Below are positions 8,244-16,786 of a stretch of 33,707 bases of DNA, piece after piece. Each line of letters begins with the position of its first letter. Positions within the stretch are counted from its first letter, which is position 1. This DNA is from a virus (lineage: Duplodnaviria; Caudoviricetes). The notes under the pieces are model-generated. The model searched no databases and was not told the origin of the DNA. It was given only the letters and a program-made list of their open reading frames with translations. The position numbers and the translations under genes are program-made. The stretch covers positions 1 through 33,707 of IMG/VR virus record IMGVR_UViG_3300048886_000287. The stretch is one strand, 5' to 3'.

Positions 8244-8408
8244 TTAGATGCGGTCAGCCACTAGCAACACAATTAATGTTGCAGCTTGACCAATAAGGAT
8301 ATGCTCCAGCCGCTTGATGCGTAAGATGGTTTCTTTCCAGCGCTCAGCGCAGACGGCTTCATGCGTGTCAATCTGGGATTGAACAGACATGACTGTGGGC
8401 TTTGCCAT
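8244..8408 (-). CDS. 54-aa membrane protein MAKPTVMSVQSQIDTHEAVCAERW... (XhlA-like size and topology)
   Basis: Read by hand; TGATG coupling; 'HEAVCAER' motif recalled from phage lysis regions; hydrophobic C-terminus. Confidence 0.7.
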   Translation of the reverse strand: MAKPTVMSVQSQIDTHEAVCAERWKETILRIKRLEHILIGQAATLIVLLVADRI

Positions 8409-8593
8409 CAGTCAGCATCTGCTATGGTTAGTTCGCCAGCGTCTACTTGGCTCATGATTTCTGCGTAGTGACGGTTGGATTCATCCATAGGAACCCACGA
8501 CTCAACCCCATCAATAGTTGCTTTAACGCTAGTGTTTTTATTATCTGGGTTGTCTAAGGGAGCCTTTATATATTTAGCATTTTCTATAATCAT
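8408..8593 (-). CDS. Small tail-fibre-associated protein (possible chaperone)
   Basis: 'VPMDESNRHYAEI' motif; ATAA overlap with the upstream fibre gene. Confidence 0.65.
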   Translation of the reverse strand: MIIENAKYIKAPLDNPDNKNTSVKATIDGVESWVPMDESNRHYAEIMSQVDAGELTIADAD

Positions 8594-9606
8594 AACTCTG
8601 CATCTCCCCTTACACCACCAATATGGTCATAATTTTCAGCCCCTTTATAAAAATATCCTCCGCTAGTATGTGTAACAAAAAGACCATGACTTCCAGCGTT
8701 ACTATCTGCCGTTATAGTCGGATCCGCCCGTTTTTGTTCCGTCCATAAGTAATTAGCTATGCTAGATGAAGTGCCGTATTTACTAGGATAAATATCGCTG
8801 TCCAAAATTTCATAATACCGTTTGCACTTGCGTAGCGTAGTTCCATAGTCTTCATTCTCAAACTCAGGTGTAGCTACTTCTCCAATTTCAAGCTGCACTT
8901 GAGATAGGTAAAAGTTATTGCTTGTACTATCCAGCCAGTTTACTTGATTGGATGTGGTATAATGCGCTGCATTAGAAGACCAAGTAGCATTTGTACCATT
9001 TCCATTTGAGCCAAACGCAAGATTAAACGCAAGCTGAAACCCTAATGTATTGTTATTAACGAATGCCCCTCCTGATGCTGTAATAAATGATGTGCTTCCA
9101 GCCGTAGGGCTTATAGTAATGGTTTTCTTTTCCCATGTATTTGCCGATGAAATTGTGTACTCATTAGGAATTATATATCCTGTGTTATGCGCTTTATATA
9201 AAGCCACTGTGTATGTTCCAGTTTTGTTAGACTTAACCCAAAACGAGAGCGTTATTGTTTTTGCGGATGATGTTCCATATTGAAGCGGTTGAAGATTTTG
9301 CGCCTCTATATTTTGGTAAATAACAGCATACTGAGCAGCCCCAATGCTCGTATCAGCCGTAGTGCATTTAGCAAGAAACGAATAACCTGTTCCTGTCGGT
9401 GTATCAGTTGACCGTTCAGAAGTAACCGCACCGTCATTACTCAATAACCAACCCCACCTATCAACTGTGCTAAACGTATTATTTGCACCCGCTGTAGCTG
9501 CGGTGGCTCTTTGCCAAACCTGCATATCGCCATTAATGATGAAATTCTTGTCACCCTGCGCCTGACCTGAACCAATCAGCGCGGCTAATTCTGCTGCTTT
9601 ACTCAT
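8590..9606 (-). CDS. Tail fibre / carbohydrate-binding receptor-binding protein (338 aa)
   Basis: 'KNFIINGDMQVWQR', 'TLSFWVKS', 'QVQLEIGEVATPEFE...CKRYY' pattern; GGAGTGGAG RBS supports the start at 9606. Confidence 0.75.
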   Translation of the reverse strand: MSKAAELAALIGSGQAQGDKNFIINGDMQVWQRATAATAGANNTFSTVDRWGWLLSNDGAVTSERSTDTPTGTGYSFLAKCTTADTSIGAAQYAVIYQNIEAQNLQPLQYGTSSAKTITLSFWVKSNKTGTYTVALYKAHNTGYIIPNEYTISSANTWEKKTITISPTAGSTSFITASGGAFVNNNTLGFQLAFNLAFGSNGNGTNATWSSNAAHYTTSNQVNWLDSTSNNFYLSQVQLEIGEVATPEFENEDYGTTLRKCKRYYEILDSDIYPSKYGTSSSIANYLWTEQKRADPTITADSNAGSHGLFVTHTSGGYFYKGAENYDHIGGVRGDAEL

Positions 9607-9662
9607 TAGCTCCACTCCTCTGTAGAGAGATTGCAATATACGGCATTTATTGTCTCCTAAAA

Positions 9663-10505
9663 TTATCCTACTAAATGCCCACTGAACCAACTGTCTGCAT
9701 CAATGTCAGTTTGACTTGAGCCTCCACTTTGATGGATTTGTATAAAAGCTGTTTGTCCAGCCGTTAGATAATATGTCAGACTGCTATTCATTGCGAAGAA
9801 AGTATTATCCTGTCCAAAGTCAGGGTCAAACAAATGCCCCTGTCTTTGAGTGCCACCTATTTGCCACATAAATAAATAATACCCAGCAGCAGAGTCTATA
9901 TTTTCTAATCTCAGATATGAACTGAAATGATAAAATCCGTTGACAGGAGCCGTAAAAGTATTACTTGCAAAGTTGCTGCCTTGGTCAAAAACTTCAGTTT
10001 CAAATGAAACTGTTACGGATGAATTTACGGCAATGTCAGTTTGTTTACCTGATTTATGAACATAAAACGCTGGCAATGCTGGTTTAGTAACAATACCACC
10101 ATCTGCAATGGCTATAGCATCATCACCATCAGTAAACTCAATTAATGGTGTTTGTATTGATGTGGTGCCACTGACTATTGGTGAAGATATATTTCCACTA
10201 AACGCACCACCATTGATCGCACTAACAGTGTCAGCCACGGCAAAGCTATCGTAGACAATCATCTCGACGACATCGCTAGTGCTTGCCCCTGTTGTTAGTA
10301 CAACGCTTGTGCCTGTCGTACTAGCGTAATCAGTGACTGGCTTGAGAAGCACACCGTTTTGATACACATCCATGTACAGCGTGTCTGAATAGGCAAGGGC
10401 TATGCCGTTGGCATCGTTGCCGCTGAATGTCGTTTGTCCAGAGGTGGCTGCGTAGATGTACCTTGCGCGAACTCCATCGCCAAGGCTGCGTCCTATGTAT
10501 GGCAT
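9663..10505 (-). CDS. Tail fibre/adhesin with a C-terminal C1q-like domain
   Basis: 'PAF...VSFETEVFDQGSNFASNTFTAPVNGFYHF...WFSGHLV' C1q signature; N-terminal 'YxATSGQTTF..DVYQNGVLL..DY' tail module. Confidence 0.8.
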   Translation of the reverse strand: MPYIGRSLGDGVRARYIYAATSGQTTFSGNDANGIALAYSDTLYMDVYQNGVLLKPVTDYASTTGTSVVLTTGASTSDVVEMIVYDSFAVADTVSAINGGAFSGNISSPIVSGTTSIQTPLIEFTDGDDAIAIADGGIVTKPALPAFYVHKSGKQTDIAVNSSVTVSFETEVFDQGSNFASNTFTAPVNGFYHFSSYLRLENIDSAAGYYLFMWQIGGTQRQGHLFDPDFGQDNTFFAMNSSLTYYLTAGQTAFIQIHQSGGSSQTDIDADSWFSGHLVG

Positions 10506-11337
10506 ATTAATTCCTATCCAATGCTTGAGGCATCATCTCTTGCTTTGCGGTTTTGGTAGTCGCTACGAGCAACGATGAGAGCAACAAAGTCAGCCTGATT
10601 ACTAGGGATAGCGTCAGTAAAGCTATCATCGTTCATTAGCTTTGTTGTCCACTCTGACTGCATCCGCTTCCAACAGTTGTTGATTTTGCCATCAACCGCT
10701 GCCTGTATCCAAGCATCAAGACCAGCATTGTCGCTGTCGTTGTATAAATCGTTGCTCAAGATTTTCTGTTGTAAGTCAGTCAGTACAACTGATTTAGTAT
10801 GATTTGCCATTTTGTGCCTCCTTTATGACAGGGCTATTTCACCCGATTAACAAATTAGTACGCCTGTAAAAAAACTTGCTGTTGAAACATCTAGCTGCGC
10901 TGTGCCACTTCCCTGATAAAACCGTACTTTTGCTGTATCATTCGCATCCATATCCGCTGTAATGCTTAAAACCCATGTCCAAGTTTCTGCGTCCATGTCA
11001 AAAGCATCGGGGTCAATAAGATTAAAATAATCTCTATTGGATGTATCAATTTCAAAAGTTATATAAGCGGCTGCTGAATCTATGGCTGCACAATAAAGTT
11101 GATAACTTAATTGATACTTACCAGTCACAGGCGCAGTGAATACATTTGATGCAAAGTTCCCACCCACATCATAAATTTCTGTTCCAAACGCAACATCAAC
11201 ATATCCGTCCTTAGCAAGATTAACTTGTTGTGAGGCTGGAACTACACAAAACGCTGGCTGTGCTGGCATTGTGACAAGGCCACCATCTGCTATGGCTATC
11301 GCATCATCACCATCAGTAAATTCAATCAGTGGTGTTT
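10096..11337. repeat. 58-bp direct repeat pair (10096-10153 and 11280-11337) encoding TPLIEFTDGDDAIAIADGG
   Basis: 53/58 identical by manual alignment; all differences are synonymous. Confidence 0.85.
10514..10810 (-). CDS. Hypothetical protein between the C1q adhesins
   Basis: 98-aa ORF; AAAGGAGG RBS. Confidence 0.75.
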   Translation of the reverse strand: MANHTKSVVLTDLQQKILSNDLYNDSDNAGLDAWIQAAVDGKINNCWKRMQSEWTTKLMNDDSFTDAIPSNQADFVALIVARSDYQNRKARDDASSIG

Positions 11338-11461
11338 TTAGTGATGTTGAACCAGTAAGACTTGTTGTACTGACTGCGCCAGAAAATGTGCCTGTGGTTG
11401 CGTTCAGCGCAGAGGTACTTGGATGTTCAACGCCAATAACTGATTTACCGATATAAGCCAT
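10847..11461 (-). CDS. Second C1q-like domain tail protein
   Basis: 'PAF...VAFGTEIYDVGGNFASNVFTAPVTGKYQL...FFTGVLI'. Confidence 0.8.
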   Translation of the reverse strand: MAYIGKSVIGVEHPSTSALNATTGTFSGAVSTTSLTGSTSLKTPLIEFTDGDDAIAIADGGLVTMPAQPAFCVVPASQQVNLAKDGYVDVAFGTEIYDVGGNFASNVFTAPVTGKYQLSYQLYCAAIDSAAAYITFEIDTSNRDYFNLIDPDAFDMDAETWTWVLSITADMDANDTAKVRFYQGSGTAQLDVSTASFFTGVLIC

Positions 11462-11820
11462 CAGGTAATCTCCATAATGCTCATCGTTACTGAAACTTTA
11501 TCTGCAACTGAGCAATCAATCTCAATGCCATCGCCAGTTTCAAGAACCACTTTGTTACCTGACAAGATTTCCAAACTGCCGCCAACAGGAATGGGTGCGT
11601 CTTTCAGCAGAAAAGTCGTTGTGTTTGTTGCCGCTCTGCCGCCGCCAGATGTTGTGCTTGTAAGCTCAACACTAGCTGTTACTTGGCTTGTGTGAACATT
11701 GGCTAAGACCATGCCCAATATAACAGCCGTTGTACTGCTTGGGGCGGTGTAAAGATCTTCTCCTGTTCCCGCTGATGCGGGCATAACATCGTGAGAAATC
11801 ACCCGAAAAGTATTAGCCAT
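11461..11820 (-). CDS. Small virion/tail structural protein
   Basis: 'DLYTAPSSTTAVI...KDAPIPVGGSLEILSGNKVVLETGD' beta-rich pattern; follows the tail fibre. Confidence 0.7.
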   Translation of the reverse strand: MANTFRVISHDVMPASAGTGEDLYTAPSSTTAVILGMVLANVHTSQVTASVELTSTTSGGGRAATNTTTFLLKDAPIPVGGSLEILSGNKVVLETGDGIEIDCSVADKVSVTMSIMEIT

Positions 11821-11829
11821 TTATATCTC

Positions 11830-13185
11830 CTATCCTAAAGCTATAGCTAGGGCTGTTGCTTCATCTACAGTTGCTTTGGTTCCAATTGTTCCAATGTTGC
11901 TTGCTACCGTGTTCACATTGGCTATCGATCCCGCAACAGTCGTTACATTGCTAGCAACGCCAGCCACTGTCGCAATATTGGCAACAACACCACTAGCGCC
12001 AAGTGTTGCCATGTTTGTGACATTTGCGCTCGTAGCCAGAATGTTTAGGTCAGTCACAATATCGCTTGTCGCAAGGGTGTTTAGATCTGAAACAATATCG
12101 CTTGTGGCTAGCGTGTTCATGTCACTAATAACATCAGATGTTGCAAGCAAGGCCATGTCAGCGATAACATCGCTGTCTGCTAAAAGCGCCATGTCAGCTA
12201 TAACTGCGCTTGCTGCCAGAGCCGCTATGTTACTGTTAGCCCCAGCAACAGTATTTATATTTGTTTGCTCTGAGCTTGTTGGCTTAACATCTTCCCATGC
12301 GCTCCCCGTGTAAACTTTCATTCCGCTTGATGTGTTAAAATAAAGATCCCCGGCATCTAAATTTGAAGATGGGTCAGAGCTTGCAGCGCCGTGGTATTGT
12401 TGCTGAAATGTTGTCAAACTGCTTGCCGCTGCCGTGGCACTGCTTGCGGCGGCTGTCTGGCTTGTTGCGGCTGATACAGCATCAACCAGTAATGCGAAAT
12501 GGTCTGTGTCTGTAAGAGCATCGCCAACAACGGAAGCTGCTACACAGATATAAACATTGTTGAGCTGGGCAGTCGTTGTTGATTTGATTATGTCCCTTAC
12601 GGCATAAGCTGCTGTTGTGACTGTTGCATCTGATCCTTTAAAGGTTCCCAGCTCTTGTGCCACGCTAAGCTCACCAGAGCTGTCAAACGCTAATATCTTT
12701 GATGCCCGGTCTGTTGCACTGTTTGTAAATTCAGTGCTTGTCATTGTGTTTGTACGCGACAGTTTGATAGAGCGGTTTAGCTCTTCATCGTGTTGTTGAA
12801 CCATCCGCACCAATCGATCCAGCGCTGTTTCAAAGCTAGATGCCGGGAATGGATCGTTAGCAACAAGATCTAGGGTTTGCGTGTTGCTTAGCTCTGACCT
12901 GATCACAACAGTCTCGCCAGAAGCCGGGCGATAATCTGTTGCAGAATAATGCGCGTCAGAGCTGGTGCCGGTATTGAATTTAAACAAAACATTGCCGCCA
13001 GAGGACGCACCAGCCCCAGTTACGATATAATGTGTGTTTAGGGTCTTTGTACTTTCAGCGCCTGTTGATGAGCGCACAATCACTGTTAAATCGGCATCAT
13101 CAAAGATTGGAAAGTCATAAGCAAATGAATGCGTAGACCCATTGCCATTATATGACTTGGTGATGTTTGTGGTGCTAATTGTCAT
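11830..13185 (-). CDS. Tail fibre protein with a T7 gp17-like N-terminal attachment domain
   Basis: 'YNGNGSTHSFAYDFPIFDDADLTV...FETALDRL' N-terminus; Ala/Thr-rich repeats; GGAG RBS. Confidence 0.85.
   Translation of the reverse strand: MTISTTNITKSYNGNGSTHSFAYDFPIFDDADLTVIVRSSTGAESTKTLNTHYIVTGAGASSGGNVLFKFNTGTSSDAHYSATDYRPASGETVVIRSELSNTQTLDLVANDPFPASSFETALDRLVRMVQQHDEELNRSIKLSRTNTMTSTEFTNSATDRASKILAFDSSGELSVAQELGTFKGSDATVTTAAYAVRDIIKSTTTAQLNNVYICVAASVVGDALTDTDHFALLVDAVSAATSQTAAASSATAAASSLTTFQQQYHGAASSDPSSNLDAGDLYFNTSSGMKVYTGSAWEDVKPTSSEQTNINTVAGANSNIAALAASAVIADMALLADSDVIADMALLATSDVISDMNTLATSDIVSDLNTLATSDIVTDLNILATSANVTNMATLGASGVVANIATVAGVASNVTTVAGSIANVNTVASNIGTIGTKATVDEATALAIALG
11968..12219 (-). 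repeat. Seven 36-bp (12-aa) tandem repeats in the tail fibre, consensus LATSDVIxDMxx
   Basis: LAASAVIADMAL/LADSDVIADMAL/LATSDVISDMNT/LATSDIVSDLNT/LATSDIVTDLNI/LATSANVTNMAT/LGASGVVANIAT. Confidence 0.85.
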
Positions 13186-13194
13186 CTATGGCTC

Positions 13195-16100
13195 CTACTC
13201 ATTTTCTGGATCTCTAAGCATTTGGATATCTTCAAACGCTTGCAATAACCGCTCATTGCCCGGCAACAGCAAAAGCTCTTGAAAAGCGGCATCCATAAAT
13301 TGTGTGTTCAATGACCGCACATCAGTGCGCTTTTTGCGTAATGGCTTTTGATCAAACTCAAAATCTTGAAGCAGCAATTCTTCCATTGCTTCATCAAAAC
13401 TCGCAAAATCAACAGAAACCGGCTCAACATTCATGCCCTTTAGATTTTCTGGCATGTCTTCCATCTTGCCTTTTGCAAGCCAAATTAGGTTTGATTTCTG
13501 CATTTCTGTTAGGGCAACCCTTGCTCCACGCAAAGAATATTTATTGCCTTGAATTGGAATAGGCCAATCTAGTTTTACCAGCTCTTCAACCCATTCTGGT
13601 TGTTTTATTGTTTCTGAAAAAACAATAGGGTTGACGCTGTTGTTTATTCGTAAATATGGGTTTTCTTCAAATGTCGGGCCTCTTGTTACCGGCCTACCAA
13701 GCGTGTCATAGACCGGGATATTAGCGTCCATGTTGTCAGAAAATAGATTGGTATCCATCATATCAAGAAAGCCGTCATAAACCGCGCGCTTGAATATATC
13801 GCCGGGTTCGCCTTTCGGTAATCCAATCAATCGATAATCAGGTTCACCATCAGGCATTTCATCAAGAATATCTTCAGCAGTAAGTCGTTGAACATCCTCT
13901 AAAGTATAAACCTCAAACGGCGCGCCTCTCCTGACCACAGCATTGTCAAGCGCCCTGTCAACGCCGCGCTGTAAAGAGCTGACCGGGTTTGGAACGCCCG
14001 GCACAAGGTTCATCGAACCAAGCGGCCCTTCTGTCATAAGGCTAAAGTCTTCCCGATCTAATGATGACAAAACTCTTGCCACGCCTTGCAACATTGGCAA
14101 TTCACGAAAATAATCAGTGGTGGCAAACACGGCTGCACCAGCCATTGATTGCCGTTCCTCTGCATTTCTTGACATTTCCATGCGTTGCACAGTGCCAGCG
14201 GAAATACCGATCATGCTGGCAACCGGGCCTAAACCAGAATAACCATAATATTCTAACGGCCCATTAGGGTTTCCCCATTTGTCATAAAGAGGCAATTCGT
14301 TACCAGCGTCATCTGTTGGGAAATTTTCTCCCCGAAACACAAGGCTATATGGTTGCCAATTTGGCGGCAATTTTTCGCGTACTTTTTTATCTTTTGGCGT
14401 TGGGCCGGTTATTCTGCCCTGCATCGTATACATAGCAACTTGGCTTGTAACAATTCCACCAAGCGCCATTCTTGCCAACGCTGTCTGCCGTTTTGCTCCA
14501 GTTTTGTAAACATCAGGATACAGAGCGCCAAGCGGAAACCCCATAATGTTTGACCGCTCAATAGTTCGCAAAACATCATTTGTTGGCGCTGTAGCAAATG
14601 GAACAACATACCGGCCAAAAGTTGTGCGCTGCAAAGCAGATGTTGCTTTACCAAAAGCGCCAAGATCACTCATCAATGTGTCGTGACGGCTTTTTAAATC
14701 TAATTCATCTCTGATTTGCCGGGGGCTTAACATTACCATCAAGGCTTCATCATTTGCTTGTTGTCGTGTCGCGCCAAGCTCCAAGGCAGCTTTAGCCTGA
14801 CGATTTGCTTTTACATACAGCTCCCCATTTTGCGACAAGGTTTGAAAAAACCCATCACCGGCAAGCAATCCTCTTGACGGCCAGCTTGTCATTGCATGCA
14901 AATACCGCAACGCCTGACCCGGCACTTTTACGCCAAGACCAAGGTCTAGATCACCGGCACCACCTGAGTAGGTGTTCATCTCAACTTTGTTTACAGCGTC
15001 ACCGGGCTGACCTTTTTTTGCTGCAAGCCCAGCGGCATATAAGGCATCGCCAAAAGTACGATAGAAAGCCATTAGCCGAAAGGCTACATCACTCATGTAA
15101 ACTTGGTCTGTGTAATCAATTTCAGATCCAACGGCGCGGCGTATTCCTCTTTCAGCGCCACCAATCATGCCAGCTATAAATTCCTCTGGCAGTTGAAACC
15201 CCATATATAAAACATTGCCTAAAATGTTTTTGAGCTGCGTTTTTGGGCCTGATAGCAAGCCATTGATATACATATGCTCTAAGCCATGCCGTACCCGGCT
15301 ACCAATTCCAGCTTGTGTTGCTTCGTTAAACGCTCTTGGGCCGTTCTCAGCGGCAACCACTAAACCCCTAGCAGCCGCCTTTAAAGCATCTGCACCACCA
15401 GATGCATCAATGGTTTGTGCGTTTAAAACTGCCGCTTCGGCTGGTGTCATGCCGCCGGTAACAGGAATGTTAAAGGATTGCAGCAATCTTGCTGATTCAG
15501 CTTGAGCGCCTTTAACTTGCAATAATATGCCATTGTGAATAGCAAGCTGCCGTCTGAATTGCAGCATTATAGCATCGTTGGCCCCTTCATTAACTTGCCG
15601 GGCTAGATCTGCCAACCTTGTTGCGCTTTCAGTCATAACAGCTCTTGCCGCTACAGCTTCAGCCGCATTCTCAAAAGCAGTGCCACGCTTTCTTCTCAAT
15701 ATGCTGCGAACCATGCCAAGATCGTCAGCCAATAACTCTTCAGCTTGCTCTAGTGTTTGCACATTGCTGACAACGCCCCTTGTGGCGGCGGTCTGTTCAG
15801 TCTTCTTGCTGGTTGATACAGCTTGGATAAGAGCCTTTACATCATCAGGCGAGTTGATGTTGTCAAAGTTAAAAGGAGCGCCCTCTTCAATGCTATCTTT
15901 AAAACCTTCAACTCTTGCTGTTTCTAGAACCTCTTCAGCTTGGCTTAGTGTTGCAACGCCAGATGAATCTTCGGTTAATCTAAATCCTTGATCCTCTGCC
16001 GTCACGCCTCGCTGACTAGCTGTAACAGTCTGACGCAATTGCTGTTCTGGCGAAAGCTCAGCCGCCTCATCAGCTTCGGCAAGCAAGGCGGCAGTGCGTC

Positions 16101-16488
16101 TGCCTTGTGGGCTTAGATCAGTAGCCCGGTTGCCTTGTTCCTTAAATTTAGCCTGACCCTCTGGTGACAGATTGCGCTGGGCCGATTGTGTCTGGGTGGC
16201 GCGATAATTAAGGTTATCAGGCTCTATATTCCCTTCAGCCGGTACGCGCGGTTTTTGATCAATTCCTTTATCTTGAAGAACGCCTTGTGCAAATTTTCCT
16301 TTGGGTTTGGTTTTTTCAACACCACCAAATAAGCGGAATAGATCTGCAACAATATTGCCTTTGCCAGCCACTTGTATGCCGGGATCAGACGCAAATTCTG
16401 TGACCCCACCTTGTGCAACATCACGCATAGCGTTTTCGTTGAGCTGAGCGAGTTGCTCAGTCTCAGATGGTGGCATCTGGATTGACAT
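13195..16488 (-). CDS. Large internal virion (ejection) protein, T7 gp16-like position (1097 aa)
   Basis: Size, helical Ala-rich composition and position just before the tail fibre. Confidence 0.7.
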   Translation of the reverse strand: MSIQMPPSETEQLAQLNENAMRDVAQGGVTEFASDPGIQVAGKGNIVADLFRLFGGVEKTKPKGKFAQGVLQDKGIDQKPRVPAEGNIEPDNLNYRATQTQSAQRNLSPEGQAKFKEQGNRATDLSPQGRRTAALLAEADEAAELSPEQQLRQTVTASQRGVTAEDQGFRLTEDSSGVATLSQAEEVLETARVEGFKDSIEEGAPFNFDNINSPDDVKALIQAVSTSKKTEQTAATRGVVSNVQTLEQAEELLADDLGMVRSILRRKRGTAFENAAEAVAARAVMTESATRLADLARQVNEGANDAIMLQFRRQLAIHNGILLQVKGAQAESARLLQSFNIPVTGGMTPAEAAVLNAQTIDASGGADALKAAARGLVVAAENGPRAFNEATQAGIGSRVRHGLEHMYINGLLSGPKTQLKNILGNVLYMGFQLPEEFIAGMIGGAERGIRRAVGSEIDYTDQVYMSDVAFRLMAFYRTFGDALYAAGLAAKKGQPGDAVNKVEMNTYSGGAGDLDLGLGVKVPGQALRYLHAMTSWPSRGLLAGDGFFQTLSQNGELYVKANRQAKAALELGATRQQANDEALMVMLSPRQIRDELDLKSRHDTLMSDLGAFGKATSALQRTTFGRYVVPFATAPTNDVLRTIERSNIMGFPLGALYPDVYKTGAKRQTALARMALGGIVTSQVAMYTMQGRITGPTPKDKKVREKLPPNWQPYSLVFRGENFPTDDAGNELPLYDKWGNPNGPLEYYGYSGLGPVASMIGISAGTVQRMEMSRNAEERQSMAGAAVFATTDYFRELPMLQGVARVLSSLDREDFSLMTEGPLGSMNLVPGVPNPVSSLQRGVDRALDNAVVRRGAPFEVYTLEDVQRLTAEDILDEMPDGEPDYRLIGLPKGEPGDIFKRAVYDGFLDMMDTNLFSDNMDANIPVYDTLGRPVTRGPTFEENPYLRINNSVNPIVFSETIKQPEWVEELVKLDWPIPIQGNKYSLRGARVALTEMQKSNLIWLAKGKMEDMPENLKGMNVEPVSVDFASFDEAMEELLLQDFEFDQKPLRKKRTDVRSLNTQFMDAAFQELLLLPGNERLLQAFEDIQMLRDPENE

Positions 16489-16501
16489 GAAAGTTACCCA
16501 T

Positions 16502-16524
16502 AAAAAAAGGGCGCTGATGCGCCC
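16502..16524 (-). terminator. Intrinsic terminator-like hairpin inside the late operon
   Basis: Minus strand GGGCGC-ATCA-GCGCCC-TTTTTTT. Confidence 0.7.
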
Positions 16525-16582
16525 ATGTTAGAAAAACCCTACACGATTTCGTTACATTCGTGAAGCTTATTATTTAATGTGA

Positions 16583-16786
16583 TTATTGTTGCCTAAATTC
16601 TTCTGGCAATTCTAACTCTTCTTCTGCGCTCAACTCTTCTGGAACTTCACCCATGTAAGCAACATTCAAATAATTTTCTCTAGTAAGAGGAATTTTGTTT
16701 TTTAACATCAAATCTAAAACTGGGTTACTGCCAGCTTGGGGGGTTGATGCCACCGGCTTGTTCTGTAACTGCTGATCTTGCTTCAT
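16583..16786 (-). CDS. Small acidic protein (candidate inhibitor/immunity partner)
   Basis: 67 aa; 'IPLTRENYL..AYMGEVPEELSAEEELELPEEF'; overlaps the 3' end of the upstream gene; start uncertain. Confidence 0.7.
   Translation of the reverse strand: MKQDQQLQNKPVASTPQAGSNPVLDLMLKNKIPLTRENYLNVAYMGEVPEELSAEEELELPEEFRQQ

Noticed and set aside
10096-11337. Repeat pair as the TR/VR of a BPP-1-type diversity-generating retroelement
   Set aside because: No reverse transcriptase in the window; mismatches are synonymous and not adenine-specific; both copies are mid-gene.
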